From Mobula hypostoma (lineage: Eukaryota), in assembly GCF_963921235.1 (NCBI RefSeq), contig NC_086097.1, positions 151,344,001-151,408,000 on the forward strand: a stretch of 64,000 nucleotides of DNA, read 5' to 3'. Within the stretch, counting starts at the first letter, position 1. Every line of letters begins with the position of its first letter. Made by a program: the position numbers and the translations under genes. The notes below the pieces were generated by a model that searched no databases, was not told where the DNA came from, and was given only the letters and a program-made list of their open reading frames with translations. Shown here piece after piece: positions 13,522 through 26,609 of this stretch.

Positions 13522-14272
13522 GCCAATTTACATCGGTGGTGCGCAAGTGGAACAGGTCAAAAGCTTTAAGTTCCTCGGGGTCAATATCACAAGTGACCTG
13601 ACTTGGTCCAACCAAGCAGAGTTCACTGCCAAGAAGGCCCACCAGAGCCTTTACTTCCTGTGAAAACTAAAGAAATTTGGCCTGTCCCCTAAACCCTCAC
13701 TAATTTTTATAGATGCACCGTAGAAAGCATTCTTCTAGGGTGCATGACAACCTGGTATGGAAGTTGTCCTGTCCAAGACTGAAAGAAGCTGCAGAAGATC
13801 GTGAACACAGCACAGCACATCACACAAACCAATCTTCCGTCCTTGGACTCACTTTATACTGCATGCTATCGGAGCAGTGCTGCCAGGATAATCAAGGACA
13901 CGACCCATCCAGCCAACACACTTTTTGTCCCTCTTCCCTCTGGGAGAAGGTTCAGGAGCTTGAAGACTCGTACGGCCAGATTTGGGAACAGCTTCTTTCC
14001 AACTGTGATAAGACTGCCGAACGGATCCTGACCTGGATCTGGGCCGTACCCTCCAAATATCCGGACCTGCCTCTCGGTTTTTTTGCATTACCTTACTTCC
14101 CATTTTTCTATTTTCTATTTACGACTTATAATTTAAATTTTTAATATTTACTAATTTTTACTATTTTTAATATTTGTAATCCAGGGAGTGTGAAGCACAG
14201 AATCGGATAGTGCTGTGATGATTGTACGTTCTAGTACCAATTGTTTGGCGACAATAAAGTATAAAGTATAAA
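13522..14272 (+). mobile_element. 5'-truncated young Rex1/Babar LINE copy
   Basis: Nearly identical to 51305-52070. Encodes ..HPANTLFVPLPSGRRFRSLKTRTARFGNSFFP and ends AATAAAGTATAAAGTATAAA. Confidence 0.9.
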
Positions 14273-15149
14273 ACAGTGCCTGTATTAGAAAATGACAATC
14301 TTGTCCAATATGTGAGTGTTACTATCTCGTTACTATAGAGCATGGAAATCCATTATTGTGAAATGGTTTTGAGTAACACCACTATTTAAAAAAAAATCAT
14401 GAAACCAAGGAATTATATATGTAAACTCTGTACTTGTTCCTGCATTGTTTTGAAATGCAGTGGCAGAAATTTAATCCTGGATGAGTTATTAATCTTAAGA
14501 TTTCTATTTAGAGGCCTAAATATGTATAATAAAGACATTTTCTGGTGTTTTATTAAATGGGCACTTGGAAGGAATCCTCACTAAAGAGGTGAAGGGATAT
14601 TTGAAGTTCATAGGTCTTAACAGAAATTTATATGTTGAAGTTTCTTCCAGGTCTGTGGTTTTTGAGGTGATTGAGACCATTGCTGGACGATGGGGAAGAG
14701 CTTGAAGATGATGAATTTGGGAGGTGGTGCCCTTTGAAAGATGATGCCTCAAAAAGGCAGCATTCGTCATTAAAAATCTCAAGCACTCAGGACTTACCCT
14801 CTTAACACTACTATCAGGAGCCTGAAAACACATATTCTAGTGTTTTAGGAACAGCTTCTTGCCTTCTGTCATGAGATTTCTCATGGGCCATGAATACTAC
14901 CTAATCATTTTTGGTCTCTTTATGCACTACTTAGTTTTTATTGCAAATTGTATATTTTTAAATGTATTAGTTTACTGCTGTTGTGAAACAACAAATCACA
15001 ACATATTTTAGTGATAATGAACCCGATTCTAGGTCGATACTGATTTTGTATGTTCTCAGTACACTTGCAAATGCCTTTTCGCATCACAGGTAGGTTTTGA
15101 GAATATGACAGGAATTTTATTTTGTCGTATTCATCAGATAGTGCTGAGC

Positions 15150-15520
15150 ATGCGAAAGATATAGTCTGCCCATTAGAATAAACTAATTATATTTGGATCT
15201 CTGCCTTTTGGGTTGAGGATAATATTGTGGTTTGCTTAACCTGCCTGCTAGTGGTATCTTTCCAGTTTTTGTGGAGCTTGCTGTTGGTAACCATGTCCCA
15301 GAAATGCATAGGGGAGAGGGATGTGTTCAAACAAATGCAGTCCTGTCTGTAAAAGGCGATGGTGTATTTTGTGATCAAGACTGCCTTCACTGAGAGGTGG
15401 CTCCTGTGATGTGTATAGTAGTCCTTATTTTCCAGTATCTCAGCCAGTACCTTTTGTTGTTGGAGGGTAGTGGTATGGAGTGGGTCAGATTGGTTTGCGG
15501 ATGTAAAATAAAAGGCCCAT
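15150..15520 (-). mobile_element. Highly decayed RTE-clade LINE fragment
   Basis: Minus strand reads 'EILENKDYYT..SHLSVKA..', resembling the RTE RT C-terminal motif (LENVDxFxYLGSxLS). Boundaries uncertain. Confidence 0.4.
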
Positions 15521-17578
15521 TCACTGAAGTGTCTGGGTGAACAAATCAATAGTGACTCGGAGCATGAATGTCTATCTACATAAACATTACCTGTGTACAT
15601 AATGCAGCTCTGACTAAACTTGGATGACCTTGGTTCGTGAATAGATGCTATGTAAGTTGATTCCCATCTGTCTCGTAGATTAGTGCCACTTTTGTGGAAG
15701 CCAGTATTCAGCATTGATATGAGAAAGGCTTGAAATATTGCAGCACTGACATAGATTGCACTTAGACTGTTATAGATCCATAATGTTGATCATAGGTTTG
15801 TGGTTTGTAAGTCAATTTTATTGAGGGATGATAATTAAGTTCCACAAGGATTCTGCTGCTCTGGGAGAAAGAACCCTTGGGAATATTTGCCTCTTCCTCA
15901 AAAGATCGTTTTACTATTCAATCCCGAAGTACAGTTGGCCCTCCTTATCCGTGGGTTCCGCATGCACAGGTTCAACCACCCGCGGATTGGGAAAACCTGG
16001 AAGTGCTCTCTCCAGCACTCGTTGTTTGATCTTTGTTCGCCTCGCGTCTCATTCGGTTACTACTTTTTTTTCAGTGAAAAAGTGGCTGCTAAAAAGCAAT
16101 TAAGTGGTCAAAGCAATTCCTCAAAGGCTAAGAGGGAGCGTAAAGTGCTATCTCTTGCCGAGAAAGTAGAAATCCTAGATCATTTGACAAGTGGCACGTC
16201 GCTTGCCGAAGTGGGCCGTAAGTTTGGTAAGAACAAATCGAGCATTCGCACAATAAAGCAGAAAGAAGCTGAAGTTCGTGGAAGTGTTAGTGCTGCCCCT
16301 ACAACAGCGAAAATGGTCTCCCCGGTTCGTGATAAAGTGCTTGCAAAGACTGAGAAAGGAGCAAGTATGTGGCTAGAGGACATGTCACAGAAGCATATCC
16401 CTGTTGATGGGAAAATTATACGTGAAAAAGCACTTGGTCTCTATGAGCACTTTCGGGGTTGAGGAGAGCGTGAGGAAAGAGTTTAAGGCTAGTAAGAGAT
16501 GGCTGGCTATGTAAAGCACTACAGCCTCAAGAACGTAAAGATCACGGGAGAATCGGCATCGGCTGATGTGGAGGCCGCAGCAGCATTCCCAGAGGAGTTC
16601 AGGAAACTCATCGAAGAGAAAGGCTACCTTCCAGAGCGAGTTTTCAATTGTGATGAAATGGGCTTGTTCTGGAAGAAGATGCCCAATCGTACCTACATCC
16701 ATAAGAGTGCCCAGCGGACCCCGGGGTTTGAGGCCTGGAAAGATTGCCTTACTCTGGTGCTGTGTGGCAATGCAGCTGGTCACATGGTCAAGTCAGGACT
16801 TGTCTACCGAGCAAACAACCCCGGGCCCTTAAGAACAAACAAAAATTGCCTGCCTGTGTTCTGGCTACACAACAAGAAGGCTTGGGTGACAGCGATCTTG
16901 TTCTTGGAATGGTCCCACCAGTGCCCCGTTCCTGAAGTGAAGAAATACCTCAAAGAAAAGGGGCTGCCATTCAAGGTCCTCCTCATAATTGATAATGCTC
17001 CCGGCCATCCCCAATCTCTTTGCTTTGCCGACGATAATGTGGAGGTGATGTTCCTGCCTCCTAACACTGTGTCACTGCTGCAGCCACTTGATCAAGGCAT
17101 AATCAAGTGCATTAAGGTGACTTACACCCGCCTCACCTTCGGGAGGATTCATGCTGCCCTTGACGCTAACCCTGACTGCAGCATCATAGATTGATGGAAG
17201 AAATTCACAATTGTAGATGCAATTGTTCTTATTGCAGAGGCTGTAGATGCCGTAAAGCCCGAGACAGTCAATGTATGTTGGAACCCATTATGTAGTGAGA
17301 TAGTCAGTGATTTCAGGGGCTTCCCCACTATTGATGCAGAAGTCAGGAATATCTTGCATGTTGCAAGGGAAGTTGGTGGGGATGGCTTCTCTGACATGAT
17401 CGAGGACAACGTCGAGGAACTCGTAGAAGAGCATAGAAAAACCCTTACCAATGAGGAAATCGAAGATCTTTTGAAATCCTCTACAGAAGATGATGATGCA
17501 GAAGATTTAGAGGAGGCAGAGTCATCAATTTGGACACTTAAATTTGCAGCAATTTTTCAACAGGCGCAAGTGTTAAAG

Positions 17579-18353
17579 TAAGGTGTCCCCAACCTTTTTG
17601 CACCGCGGACCGGTTTAGTATTGACAATATTCTTGCGGACTGGCTGACCGGCAGGGGGGCGGGGGGGGGGGTGGGTGCGGAGATGTTCAGGGTTAAACTC
17701 ACCTGAAAATGTCTTTTACAGTTAGGGTTGCCAATTTTCTTACTCCCAAATAAGGGACAAAAGTAGCAGTCAAATCCCGGGACACTTTACCCCAGGATAG
17801 ACTACCATGACCATGAAGCCTTACGCGGGCACCTGTGTGCGCATGCATCACGTGCGCGTGTGATGTGCGCATGCGCATATGTGCCAGTTTCCCCCCACCC
17901 GCAATTCGGCGTTGCCCTCATCTTCCCGGCTACACTGTACATACATTATTTCTACTTTATATAGGCTGTGTATTTATCATATCCTTCCTGCTTTTACTAT
18001 ATGTTAGTGTTATTTGGTATGATTTAGTAGGTTATTTTTTGGGTCTGGGAACGCTCAAAAAATTTTCCCACATAAATTTATGGTAATTACTTCACTTCAC
18101 GCCATTTCGGCATGAAAAGTTTCATAGGAACGCTCTGCCTTAGCGGGTGAAATATGGGACGAGGGCGGTCCTGTATGGGACAAACCAATTTAGCTCAATA
18201 TACGGGATGTCCCGGCAAATACGGGACAGTTGGCAACCCTATGTTCAAGTTCAACAGTGCGTGACGGCGAATGAGGAAAGGTGCAGCTGACTCGTATCGT
18301 TTCCTCGTGGCCCGGTAGCACATGCTTTGCGGCCCGGTGGTTGGGGACCGCTG
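17579..18353. mobile_element. Non-autonomous hAT (Charlie-like) composite element
   Basis: Ends (A)AGGTGTCCCCAACC and GGTTGGGGACCGCTG; 8-bp duplication TGTTAAAG at 17571-17578 and 18354-18361. The transposase reads QAQVLK|DTIL across the site. Confidence 0.8.
17691..18241. mobile_element. Inner hAT (Blackjack-like) element within the Charlie-like element
   Basis: TAGGGTTGCCAA at 17723 and TTGGCAACCCTA ending 18241, with GGGAC subterminal repeats. TGTTCAG (17684-17690) and TGTTCAAG (18242-18249) may be a TSD remnant. Confidence 0.55.
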
Positions 18354-18863
18354 TGTTAAAGGATACAATCCTCGAGACGATCCTTCGATGGAACGAAGCC
18401 TCTGTGTCACCCGAGGGATAACAACATGCCTACAACCACTGCAAGACGTGTTTGATGATGCAAAGAAAAAGAAGAAACAGCTTCCTATAACAATGTTTCT
18501 AACTAAAGCATCTGCAATTCTGAAGTCTTGACGTTCAACGCTGGAAGATCCTCATCCCTCAACCTCCACAGTTCCTGAGTTTAGTATTATTGAGCCTCCT
18601 CCAAAGTGTCCTTATTCCCTAAACAAGACAGTGTAACAACTATTTACATAACATTTCCATTGTATTCTGTAATACTGTAATCTAGAGATGATTAGAAGTA
18701 TTACTCGTTTGAGCATTGTTCGCCTTGCGTCTCGTTTGTTTGCTACTTGTGTTGTGAGCGAGAGGAACTTTTTTCTTGTCATTTTTTCCTAAACAATACA
18801 GGATAACAACTACTTACATAGTATTTACATTGTATTAGGGTATTATAAGTAATCTTTGAGATG

Positions 18864-21004
18864 GCCAAAGTTCAGTGGAACAATACCCTAGCAGGGATGA
18901 CAGTGGAACAGCAATGACAAGTGTTTCTGGGAATAATGTGGAAGGTGCAGGATCAGTTCATTCCAAAGAGGAAGAAAGATCCTAAGGGGAGTAAGGGAAG
19001 TAATGGACAGTATAAAAATAAAAGAGGAAGTATAACATAGCAAGGACGAGTGGGAAGCCAGAGGATTGGGAAACTTTTAAAGAGCAACAGAAAGTAACTA
19101 AAAAGGCAATACGTGGAGAAAAAATGAGGTACACAGGTAAACTAGCCAAGAATATAAAGAAGGATAGTAAAAACTTCTGTAGGTATGTGAAAAGGAAAAA
19201 AATAGTTAAGACCAAAATTGGGCCCTTGAAGACAGAAGCGGATGAATTTATAATGGAGAACAAGGAAATGACAGACGAGTTGAACAGGTACTTCGTTTGT
19301 GTCTTCCTTCGTGAAGACAGATCCAATCTCCCAGATGTAATAGTAGCCAAAATATCTAGGGTAATGGATGAATTGAAGGAAATTTATATTAGGCAGGAAA
19401 TGGTGTTGGATAGGCTGTTGGGTCTGAAGGCTGATAAGTCCCTGGGACCTGATGGTCTGCATCCCAGGGTACTTAAGGAGGTGGCTTTAGAAATCGTGGA
19501 TGCATTGGTAATCATTTTCCAATGTTCTATAGATTCAGGATCAGTTCTTGTGGATTGGAGGCTGGCTAATGTTGTCCCTCTCTCCAAGAAGGAAGGAAGA
19601 GAGAAAACAGAGAATTATAGACTGGTTAGCCTGACGTCGGTGGTGGGAAAGATGCTGGAGTCAATTATAAAAGATGAAATTACGACACATCTGGATAGTA
19701 ATAACAGGATTGGTCCGAGTCAGCATGGACTTACGAAGGGGAAATCGTGCTTGACTAATCTTCTGGAATTTTTTGAGGATGTAACTATGAAAATTGGCAA
19801 GGGAGATCCAGTGGATGTAGTGTACCTGGACTTTCAGAAAGCCTTTGATAAAGTCCCACATAGGAGATTAGTAGGCAAAATTAGGGCACATGGTATTGGG
19901 GGCAGAGTACTGACATGGATTGAAAATTGGCTGGCTGACAGAAAACAAAGAGTAGTGATTCCCTTTTGGAATGGCAGGCGGTGACCAGTGGGGTACTGCT
20001 GGGTTCAGTGCTGGGACTGCAGCTGTTTACAATATATATTAATGATTTTAGATGAGGGAATTAAAAGTAACATTAGCAAATTTGCCGATGACACAAAGCT
20101 GGGAGGCAGTGTGAAATATGAGGAGGATGTTATGAGAATGCAGGGTGACTTGGACGGGCTGGGTGAGTGGGCAGATGCATGGCAGATGCAGTTTAATGTG
20201 GATAAATGTGAGGTTATCCACTTTGGTGGTAAGAACGGGAAGGCAGATTATTATCTAAGTGGAGTCAAGTTAGGAAAAGGGGAAGCACAACGAGATCTAG
20301 GTGTTCTTGTACATCAGTCACTGAAAGCAAGCATGCAAGTACAGCAGGCAGTGAAGAAAGCTAATAGCATGCTGGCCATCATAACAAGGAGAATTGAGTG
20401 TAAGAGCAAAGAGGTCGTTCTGCAGCTGTACAGGGCCCTGGTGAGACCACACCTGGGGTACTGTGTGCAGATTTGGTCGCTAAATTTGAGGAAGGACATT
20501 CGTGCTATTGAGGGAGTGCAGCGTAGGTTCACAAGGTTAATTCCCGGGATGGCGGGACTGTCATATGTCGAAAGATTGGAGCGACTGGGCTTGTATACGC
20601 TGGAATTTAGAAGGCTGAGAGGGGACCTTATTAAAACATATAAGATTGTTAGGGGATTGGACACGCTGCCTGCAGGAAGCATGTTCCCGCTGATGGGTGA
20701 GTCCAGAACCAGAGGCCACAGTTTAAGAATTAGGGGTAGGCCATTTAGAACGGGGTTGAGGAAAACCTTTTCACCCAGAGAGTGGTGGATATATGGAATG
20801 CTCTGCCCCAGAAGGCTGTGGAGGCTAAGTCTCTGGATGCTTTCAAAAAAGAGATGGATAGAGCTCTTAAAGATAGTGGAATCAAAGGTTATGGGGATAA
20901 GGCAGGAACTGGATACTGATAGTGGATGATCAGCCATGATCACAGTGAATGGCGGTGCTGGCTCAAAGGGCCGAATGGCCTACTCCTGCACCTATTGTCT
21001 ATTG
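18864..21004 (+). mobile_element. 5'-truncated, relatively young CR1 LINE inserted in the Tigger 3' end
   Basis: ORFs 19124-19984 and 19988-20929 carry RT motifs ([27 protein letters not shown]). 3' end 'tactcctgcacctattgtctatt'. Tigger sequence continues on both sides. Confidence 0.95.
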
Positions 21005-23169
21005 ATTTAATGTATACGGGAGGATGTGCGTAGGCTATATGCAAATACTACGCCGTTTTTAATAAGAGACTTGAGCATCCTTTTTTTTTGGTATCTGTGG
21101 GGGGCCCTGGAACCAATCCCCTGTAGATAAGGAGGGTAGACTGTATTGCACTAGTTTGGTTCCATGTTGTGTACCTAAAGCTGTCATGTATCTGGGACGG
21201 ACTTGCTTTTAAGATGACTAACTCAGTATAAGGATCACCACTAAGCCAGTAAGCAAGATAGGCTGTGATTGTAAGTGGTCAAAGATCAGAGAATGAATTT
21301 GTGCTTCATTTGGAATATGGCCTTCAAAAAGGATACTTTCCAATATAGGTTAAATAAACTTTTTTTTCCTCCTCTTGCCTGTCCCACTCCAAACTTAAAT
21401 AATTTTTGGACTTAAAAGCTTAATTCTAAGTGTTTGGGATTTTTTTTCAATTTTAAAATTGTGATTTTCTTCTAGATTTTCCACAAGTTTGAGCCAAAGG
21501 TTGCTTTTATTTCAAGGTGTTTTTATTTGAGAAGTTGGACAGAAGCATGAGTCTTTTTCTTTTCAAGCTTTGCTCTCGATTGTCTTTTAGTGACTTGCTT
21601 AATTTTTGGGTTTTAGATTTTCCTCTGCATCCATATTTTAAAGTTTGTTTTAAGCATCAATTAATTTAGGGAAGAAGTGAGGAAAGAATGAGTGATATTA
21701 TTGGAAAATATTGCAATACACAATGGCAAAAGGCTAATAAACCTAGGCGCTATATATGCAGATTGCATTGCAATTATATTTTGAATATTGGGTTAAAACA
21801 AATGGTGCCCCATCTTTTTAATTGTATTTGCATTTTCATGTAAAACACAGATTTGAGTTGGGCGAGGGGTTAAAAACTTCAAAAAGTTTGAGTTTGTTCT
21901 TGCTGCTAATACCTTTTGTAGTCATTTTAGTGACACTTACTACATATTCCTGTGCTGAAGTCAGCAGAATCTTAAGATTTATCCATAATCATTTATGGAA
22001 TGAAGTAAATGACTTGCCTAATATAGGAGATACAAAACAAACTGTGTGTGTGGATTCTCTCTTACAACATAATGCAAGAGTATAGTGCTTTGCTCTTTCA
22101 CTATAGGTTGACCTAGCTAATATAATGCATAGATTGAGAATGAGGTGGAGTGAATTTGCAGAATGGATTTGGTTTGAGATTTGCCCATTTAGTGATGAAA
22201 GATGTAAAATCAAGAAACTGCTCCCAACAACTTGCATTTGTTCATATGATATTTAGTATTAAAGAATCTTTATTGGGGTGGAAGATGGGCAGGGGGAGTT
22301 AGACAGGAATACAAATACGGCAAGTCTTCAGATCAGGTTAATGGTATTTTGAAAGGAGGGTTGTTTCAAAAGGATTGACATGGGTTCAGATTGTTTAACT
22401 TACGGGCACCCCTGCGTATGAGAAATATAGGCCAATATGATAAAATTACACAAGATTTGTTGAACTGTTTGCAGAGCATTCATTTATATAAAAAGAGCAT
22501 GGTTTGGTCTCCAATTAATTCACAACAATTTTAGTGAAGGAGTTGTTAAAATTACAAAATGCTTAAGAAAAATTATCATAAGATGCAAATGTTTTATCAG
22601 GTAGAATAGAGAAAAGAACTCATTCAACCATAATCTACTTGTATTTACTGAAAGCTTGGTGCAGTGATTGAGCCCTAAAATAGTCTATTTTCTGAGTGGA
22701 GTACTCACAGAATTCACTGCTTTGAAGAGTACAGTTAATACTGTACCTGGGAGAAGTTGGTAAGTGACCAGCTCTATATAAAGATGTTCATCGTGTTAAC
22801 CATACAGTGGGTCAAAGGAATAAAATTCTTCATACTTGATCTGTGAGACTGTTTGAAGTGTTGCTTACAGTTTCCACTAATGTTTTGTATTATCAAAGTC
22901 AAATGAAAACCTATGCAGTGCTTGCAATATCAAAAGCTCAGGATGGATTTAGCTGAAGTGTGTAGTACTAGAGCTATATAGATTGGGGACTAAACCTTTC
23001 AATCTCTAGCAGGCATGGACCTGTAATAAAATAAAAGCATATGTCTAATTCACAGTTTGCCTCTACTTTGTATAATTTTGATTTTACCAGTTTAAAATGT
23101 TAACTTGTAACCCTTCAGTAGTAGTTTTGTTCTTCAAATGTTTTATGAGCCTGATGCAATATACCTTGA

Positions 23170-24865
23170 GTTATTGAAAAAGGCAACAGATGAGATAGTT
23201 TGGTTTCTTGGCCAAGGTGTTTGTGTCCTCACTAACAACAGATAAGGTCTAGGAGGACTGGAGAGTAGCTATTATTATACTTTTACTCAAGAGAAATGGG
23301 ATAATCCTGGAAACTATAAGCCAGTGACTCTTTGTGAGTGGTAGAGGAGCTATTGGATTGGGTTCTTGGGGATAAGCTTTATGAACAGTTAGAAAAGCAT
23401 GGCCTGTTTGGGGATATTGGGCATGGCTGAGGTCATCTCCTCAGAACAAGTTAGTAAGACTTACCTGTACCAGACATGTCTTACTAACTTGTTCTGAGGA
23501 GATGACCAAGGTGTTAAATGAAAGTAGAGCAGTGGATATTGTCTATATGGATGTTAGTAAGCCATTTTAAGAAGACCCCTATGGTGGGCTCATCCAGAAA
23601 ATTAAGATGGCCATTTAGATGCAGAATTGGCTTCTCGTATAATTGGTAATGTACAAATTAATCTAATCTATAGGAATGTAGAGTAAGGAGTTTGTTAATG
23701 TGATTCAATATACTGTGCCTGGTATTATTATATTTTTCTTTTGTTTTATAATATGTATTCTCTTGGACTCTGTATTCTTCTATATAGGAATCGATAAATC
23801 AATAAAAATATTGGAAAAAGAAAAGAAAGAATTGGCTTCTTTTTGAAGATGGACAGTTGATGGCTCTTATTCCAGCTGGAGGTCTTACTAGTAGTGCTTT
23901 GCAGAAATCTGAACTGGTTTCTCTGTTGTGATGTGATATGAATTGGATGAAAACATGGATGGATGGGTTAATGTTTGCAGATGACACAGATATTAGTATC
24001 ATTGTGGATAGTATAGAAGGTCACTAAAGGATACAACAGGCCATTTCTCATTTGCAGATATAATTAGGGAGATGGCAGATGGGAGTTCAATCTGGGCAAA
24101 TATGTGGTATAACATTTTGGGAGGTCAAATGTAAAGGAGGAGTACACATTTGATGATAGGAGCCTTAACAATGTTGAAGTACAGAGGGATCTAGAGGTCC
24201 AAGTCCAAAGCTGCCTGAAAGTGGCTGCACAGGTTGACAAGGTAACGAATAAGGCTTTATGGTATACTTGTAGTTGAGGCATTGAATTCAAGAACAGGAA
24301 GTTGTATTGCAACTTTATAAAGCTCTGGCCGCATCTGGACTTTTCCATTCTATTTGGTCACTCTATTATAGGAAGGATTGAGGGGGTTTATGATGTTAAC
24401 CAGCATACTGCCTGACAATGGCCATGTGCTATAAGGAGAGGTTGAGCAAACTAGTCGTTTTCTGTGGCATGGCAGAGGCAGAGATGAGATCTGATGAATT
24501 ATATATTTAAAAAAAAGTAAGGGCCTGCTGCGTTCACCAGCAACTTTGATGTAAAGGACTGCTGGCATCTGTTTTCAAGTTTGAAATATCTAATACCACA
24601 GGGTATAAGTTCAAAGGAAGATGTGTGGGGCAACTTTTTGAATTGTGGGTGTCTGGAATGTTATTCCAGGGGTGGAAATGGTGGTAGAAGAAAATACAAT
24701 TAAGGAATTTCGGAGGCTGTTAGAAAAGCATATGAATATGCAGATAGTGGAAGGATAAAGGCCATGTGAACACAGAAGGGCAGAAAGGATGAGGTCTCAT
24801 TGGCTTCATTAGCTTGCACAACATCATGGGCCAAAGGGCCTGTTCCTGTATTGTACTGTTCTGTT
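23170..24865 (+). mobile_element. Old degraded CR1 LINE
   Basis: Decayed 'ggaaactataagccagtg' and 'tttgcagatgacac' RT motifs; CR1 3' end 'gggccaaagggcctgttcctgtattgtactgttct'. Confidence 0.72.
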
Positions 24866-25487
24866 TGAATAAGCAGCTCAATTCAAGGGGTAAAGAGATC
24901 TGTTTTTTAATAGCTCATTTAACCTCTGGTAGAATGGTGAGAGGTCTTTCAAGGTAGTTAAACAATCAGATCTCATCCAAAGCAACAGGAGATCGTTGAT
25001 CTGTCACCCAGTTGACTCATTAAATTCTGTAGAGGCCTTCAGTTTGGATGTTGTAAATGGAGTTTCACATTCACAGTCCAGCTATAAGTATCCTATTACA
25101 TTTTATGATCTTTATTATCCATGCTCCCACCTAGCTCTAGCTGCTCACTATCTCTCCCTTATTTGGTTCTACCTATCACCTACCAGTCTTTGTTTTGCCC
25201 TTCTCTCTCAGTGTACATACAGGCATTCCCTGGATTATATCAGGGTTTTGTTTCTGGGAATTGTTCATATGCTAATCCCTCTCCCCCATATAAGTTGGAA
25301 ACATAAGTCAAATCATAATGCTGTAAAACACTTTCTATAATTCCATTTCATTCAATAATCACTTATAATTAAACTAATGAAATGCATACTTTGCAATCAT
25401 TCATGAGTACCATGTAATATTGTTCACAGTTTAAAAATAGTTTTAAAAAAATATAGAAAAGTTTGTATACACTTGGATTTTTGTAAG

Positions 25488-26346
25488 TGTCACGTGATCC
25501 GCAACAATGAATTATGAATTGAGGCAGGTTTTATAACAAACATAAAGATTTATTAAACTCTGCTCAATATTAGCGAAAAATATTCAAACGACTAACTCAA
25601 CCGGAAGTTAACTGCTAAACGATAACTCTGGAATAGTTCTTAAAAGGGTAAATGCGAAAACAGTTCTTAAAGTGGTAAATTCGAACCCAGTCTTAAAATG
25701 GTAAATTCGAAGTCCAAGTGATTTACACTGTCAGTAAGGAGAGATTTCTCTGGAAACGGATTTCTTCGAAGACGTGACGTTACTGCTGATTCTCCAAAGG
25801 ATTCATGATGAAGGAAATAATACGGCTTAAAGGAACTGACCATTTCCTGGCGAGTGAACACTGCACAACTTCCCCGCTCTTGCAGGATTCATCTCAGATA
25901 CAGGTCACCACTTCTGAATGAATGCTCGATAGGGTCGATCCTCTATAAAACCGCCGAACGACTCCAACTTTATTCCGATCCTTCAGGTTCCCGTCCTTTA
26001 ATAAAGTCTTCACTCTCCAATACTACTGAAAAGGGAAAATTATAGATGTAACACACAAACCTAGCAGCAATTGGCGAAACTGCCAGCACCAGTCTTTGCA
26101 CCTTAAAATAGAAAGGGAAACTCCATTTTAAAACGAAACTGCGTCATGACAAATACGCAGCATAACGGAGTAACTGACGAACTAACACAAAATTAATGGC
26201 GTCACCAGGGTTTCCCTTTTTATACCTGTTGAGAACAGGTCATCATGTGACCTCACACTGGTTGGAAAATTACATCATGTGACCTCCACAAGACCATTAC
26301 ATCATGCTCGTAAGCCAGTCACAAAATACCCACGGGGTATGTAACA
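25488..26346 (-). mobile_element. Solo LTR (859 bp)
   Basis: TGT...ACA termini with exact 4-bp TSD TAAG (25484-25487 / 26347-26350). Minus-strand TATAAAA near 26220 and AATAAA near 25550; short internal tandem repeats. Confidence 0.85.
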
Positions 26347-26609
26347 TAAGGCACTCATTTGTAACCCACTGTTCCTCTGTACTGTCTATCTTCCATCTGT
26401 ACTCTTGGTCTTAATGTTGCTTCATCCACTGAGATCTTTGTTTTGCTGAGAAATAATGTAATGGATGGCATGGAAATATGCAATTCTCTCTGTTCAGCTA
26501 AGTTGCTTGGAAAAGTTCTCATTGCATTCCAAAGGTTATAGACTATGTGATATGCTAACAACCAGTGTTCTGGGGAGGGAGTGTTTGTATTCTCAGAAAA
26601 TGGGGTTTA

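Larger units (their letters stand above)
16082..18531 (+). pseudogene. Tigger-family transposase pseudogene (HTH-psq + CENP-B HTH + DDE_1, DD32D)
   Basis: KRERKVLSLAEKVEIL (psq HTH) and IPVDGKIIREKA (CENP-B HTH). Catalytic motifs FNCDEMG / LIIDNAPGH / LQPLDQGII, with 32 residues between D2 and D3. C-terminus KKKKKQLPITMF. Frameshifts, stops and an insertion at 17579-18353. Confidence 0.9.
15932..21143 (+). mobile_element. Full-length pogo/Tigger DNA transposon with MER2-like ends, inactivated by nested insertions
   Basis: TA|CAGTTGGCCCTCCTTATCCGTGGG at the left and CCCTGTAGATAAGGAGGGTAGACTG|TA at the right (TIRs and TA TSD); internal transposase remnant. Confidence 0.92.

Noticed and set aside
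15187..15714. 175-aa ORF as a host gene exon
   Set aside because: It partly overlaps a decayed RTE-like remnant, with no recognisable domain or splice support.
15887..17194. Domesticated TIGD/CENP-B-like host gene
   Set aside because: Frameshifts, stops, a nested hAT insertion and intact TIRs/TSD indicate a dead transposon copy.
20314..20943. 209-aa minus-strand ORF, and similar ORFs at 7147-7590, 58978-59226 and 59410-59691
   Set aside because: These are antisense shadows of CR1 ORF2 that recur in every CR1 copy.
21670..21830. Open frame after tttAG (GRSEERMSDIIGKYC..)
   Set aside because: Weak pyrimidine tract, no good donor and no recognisable protein similarity.
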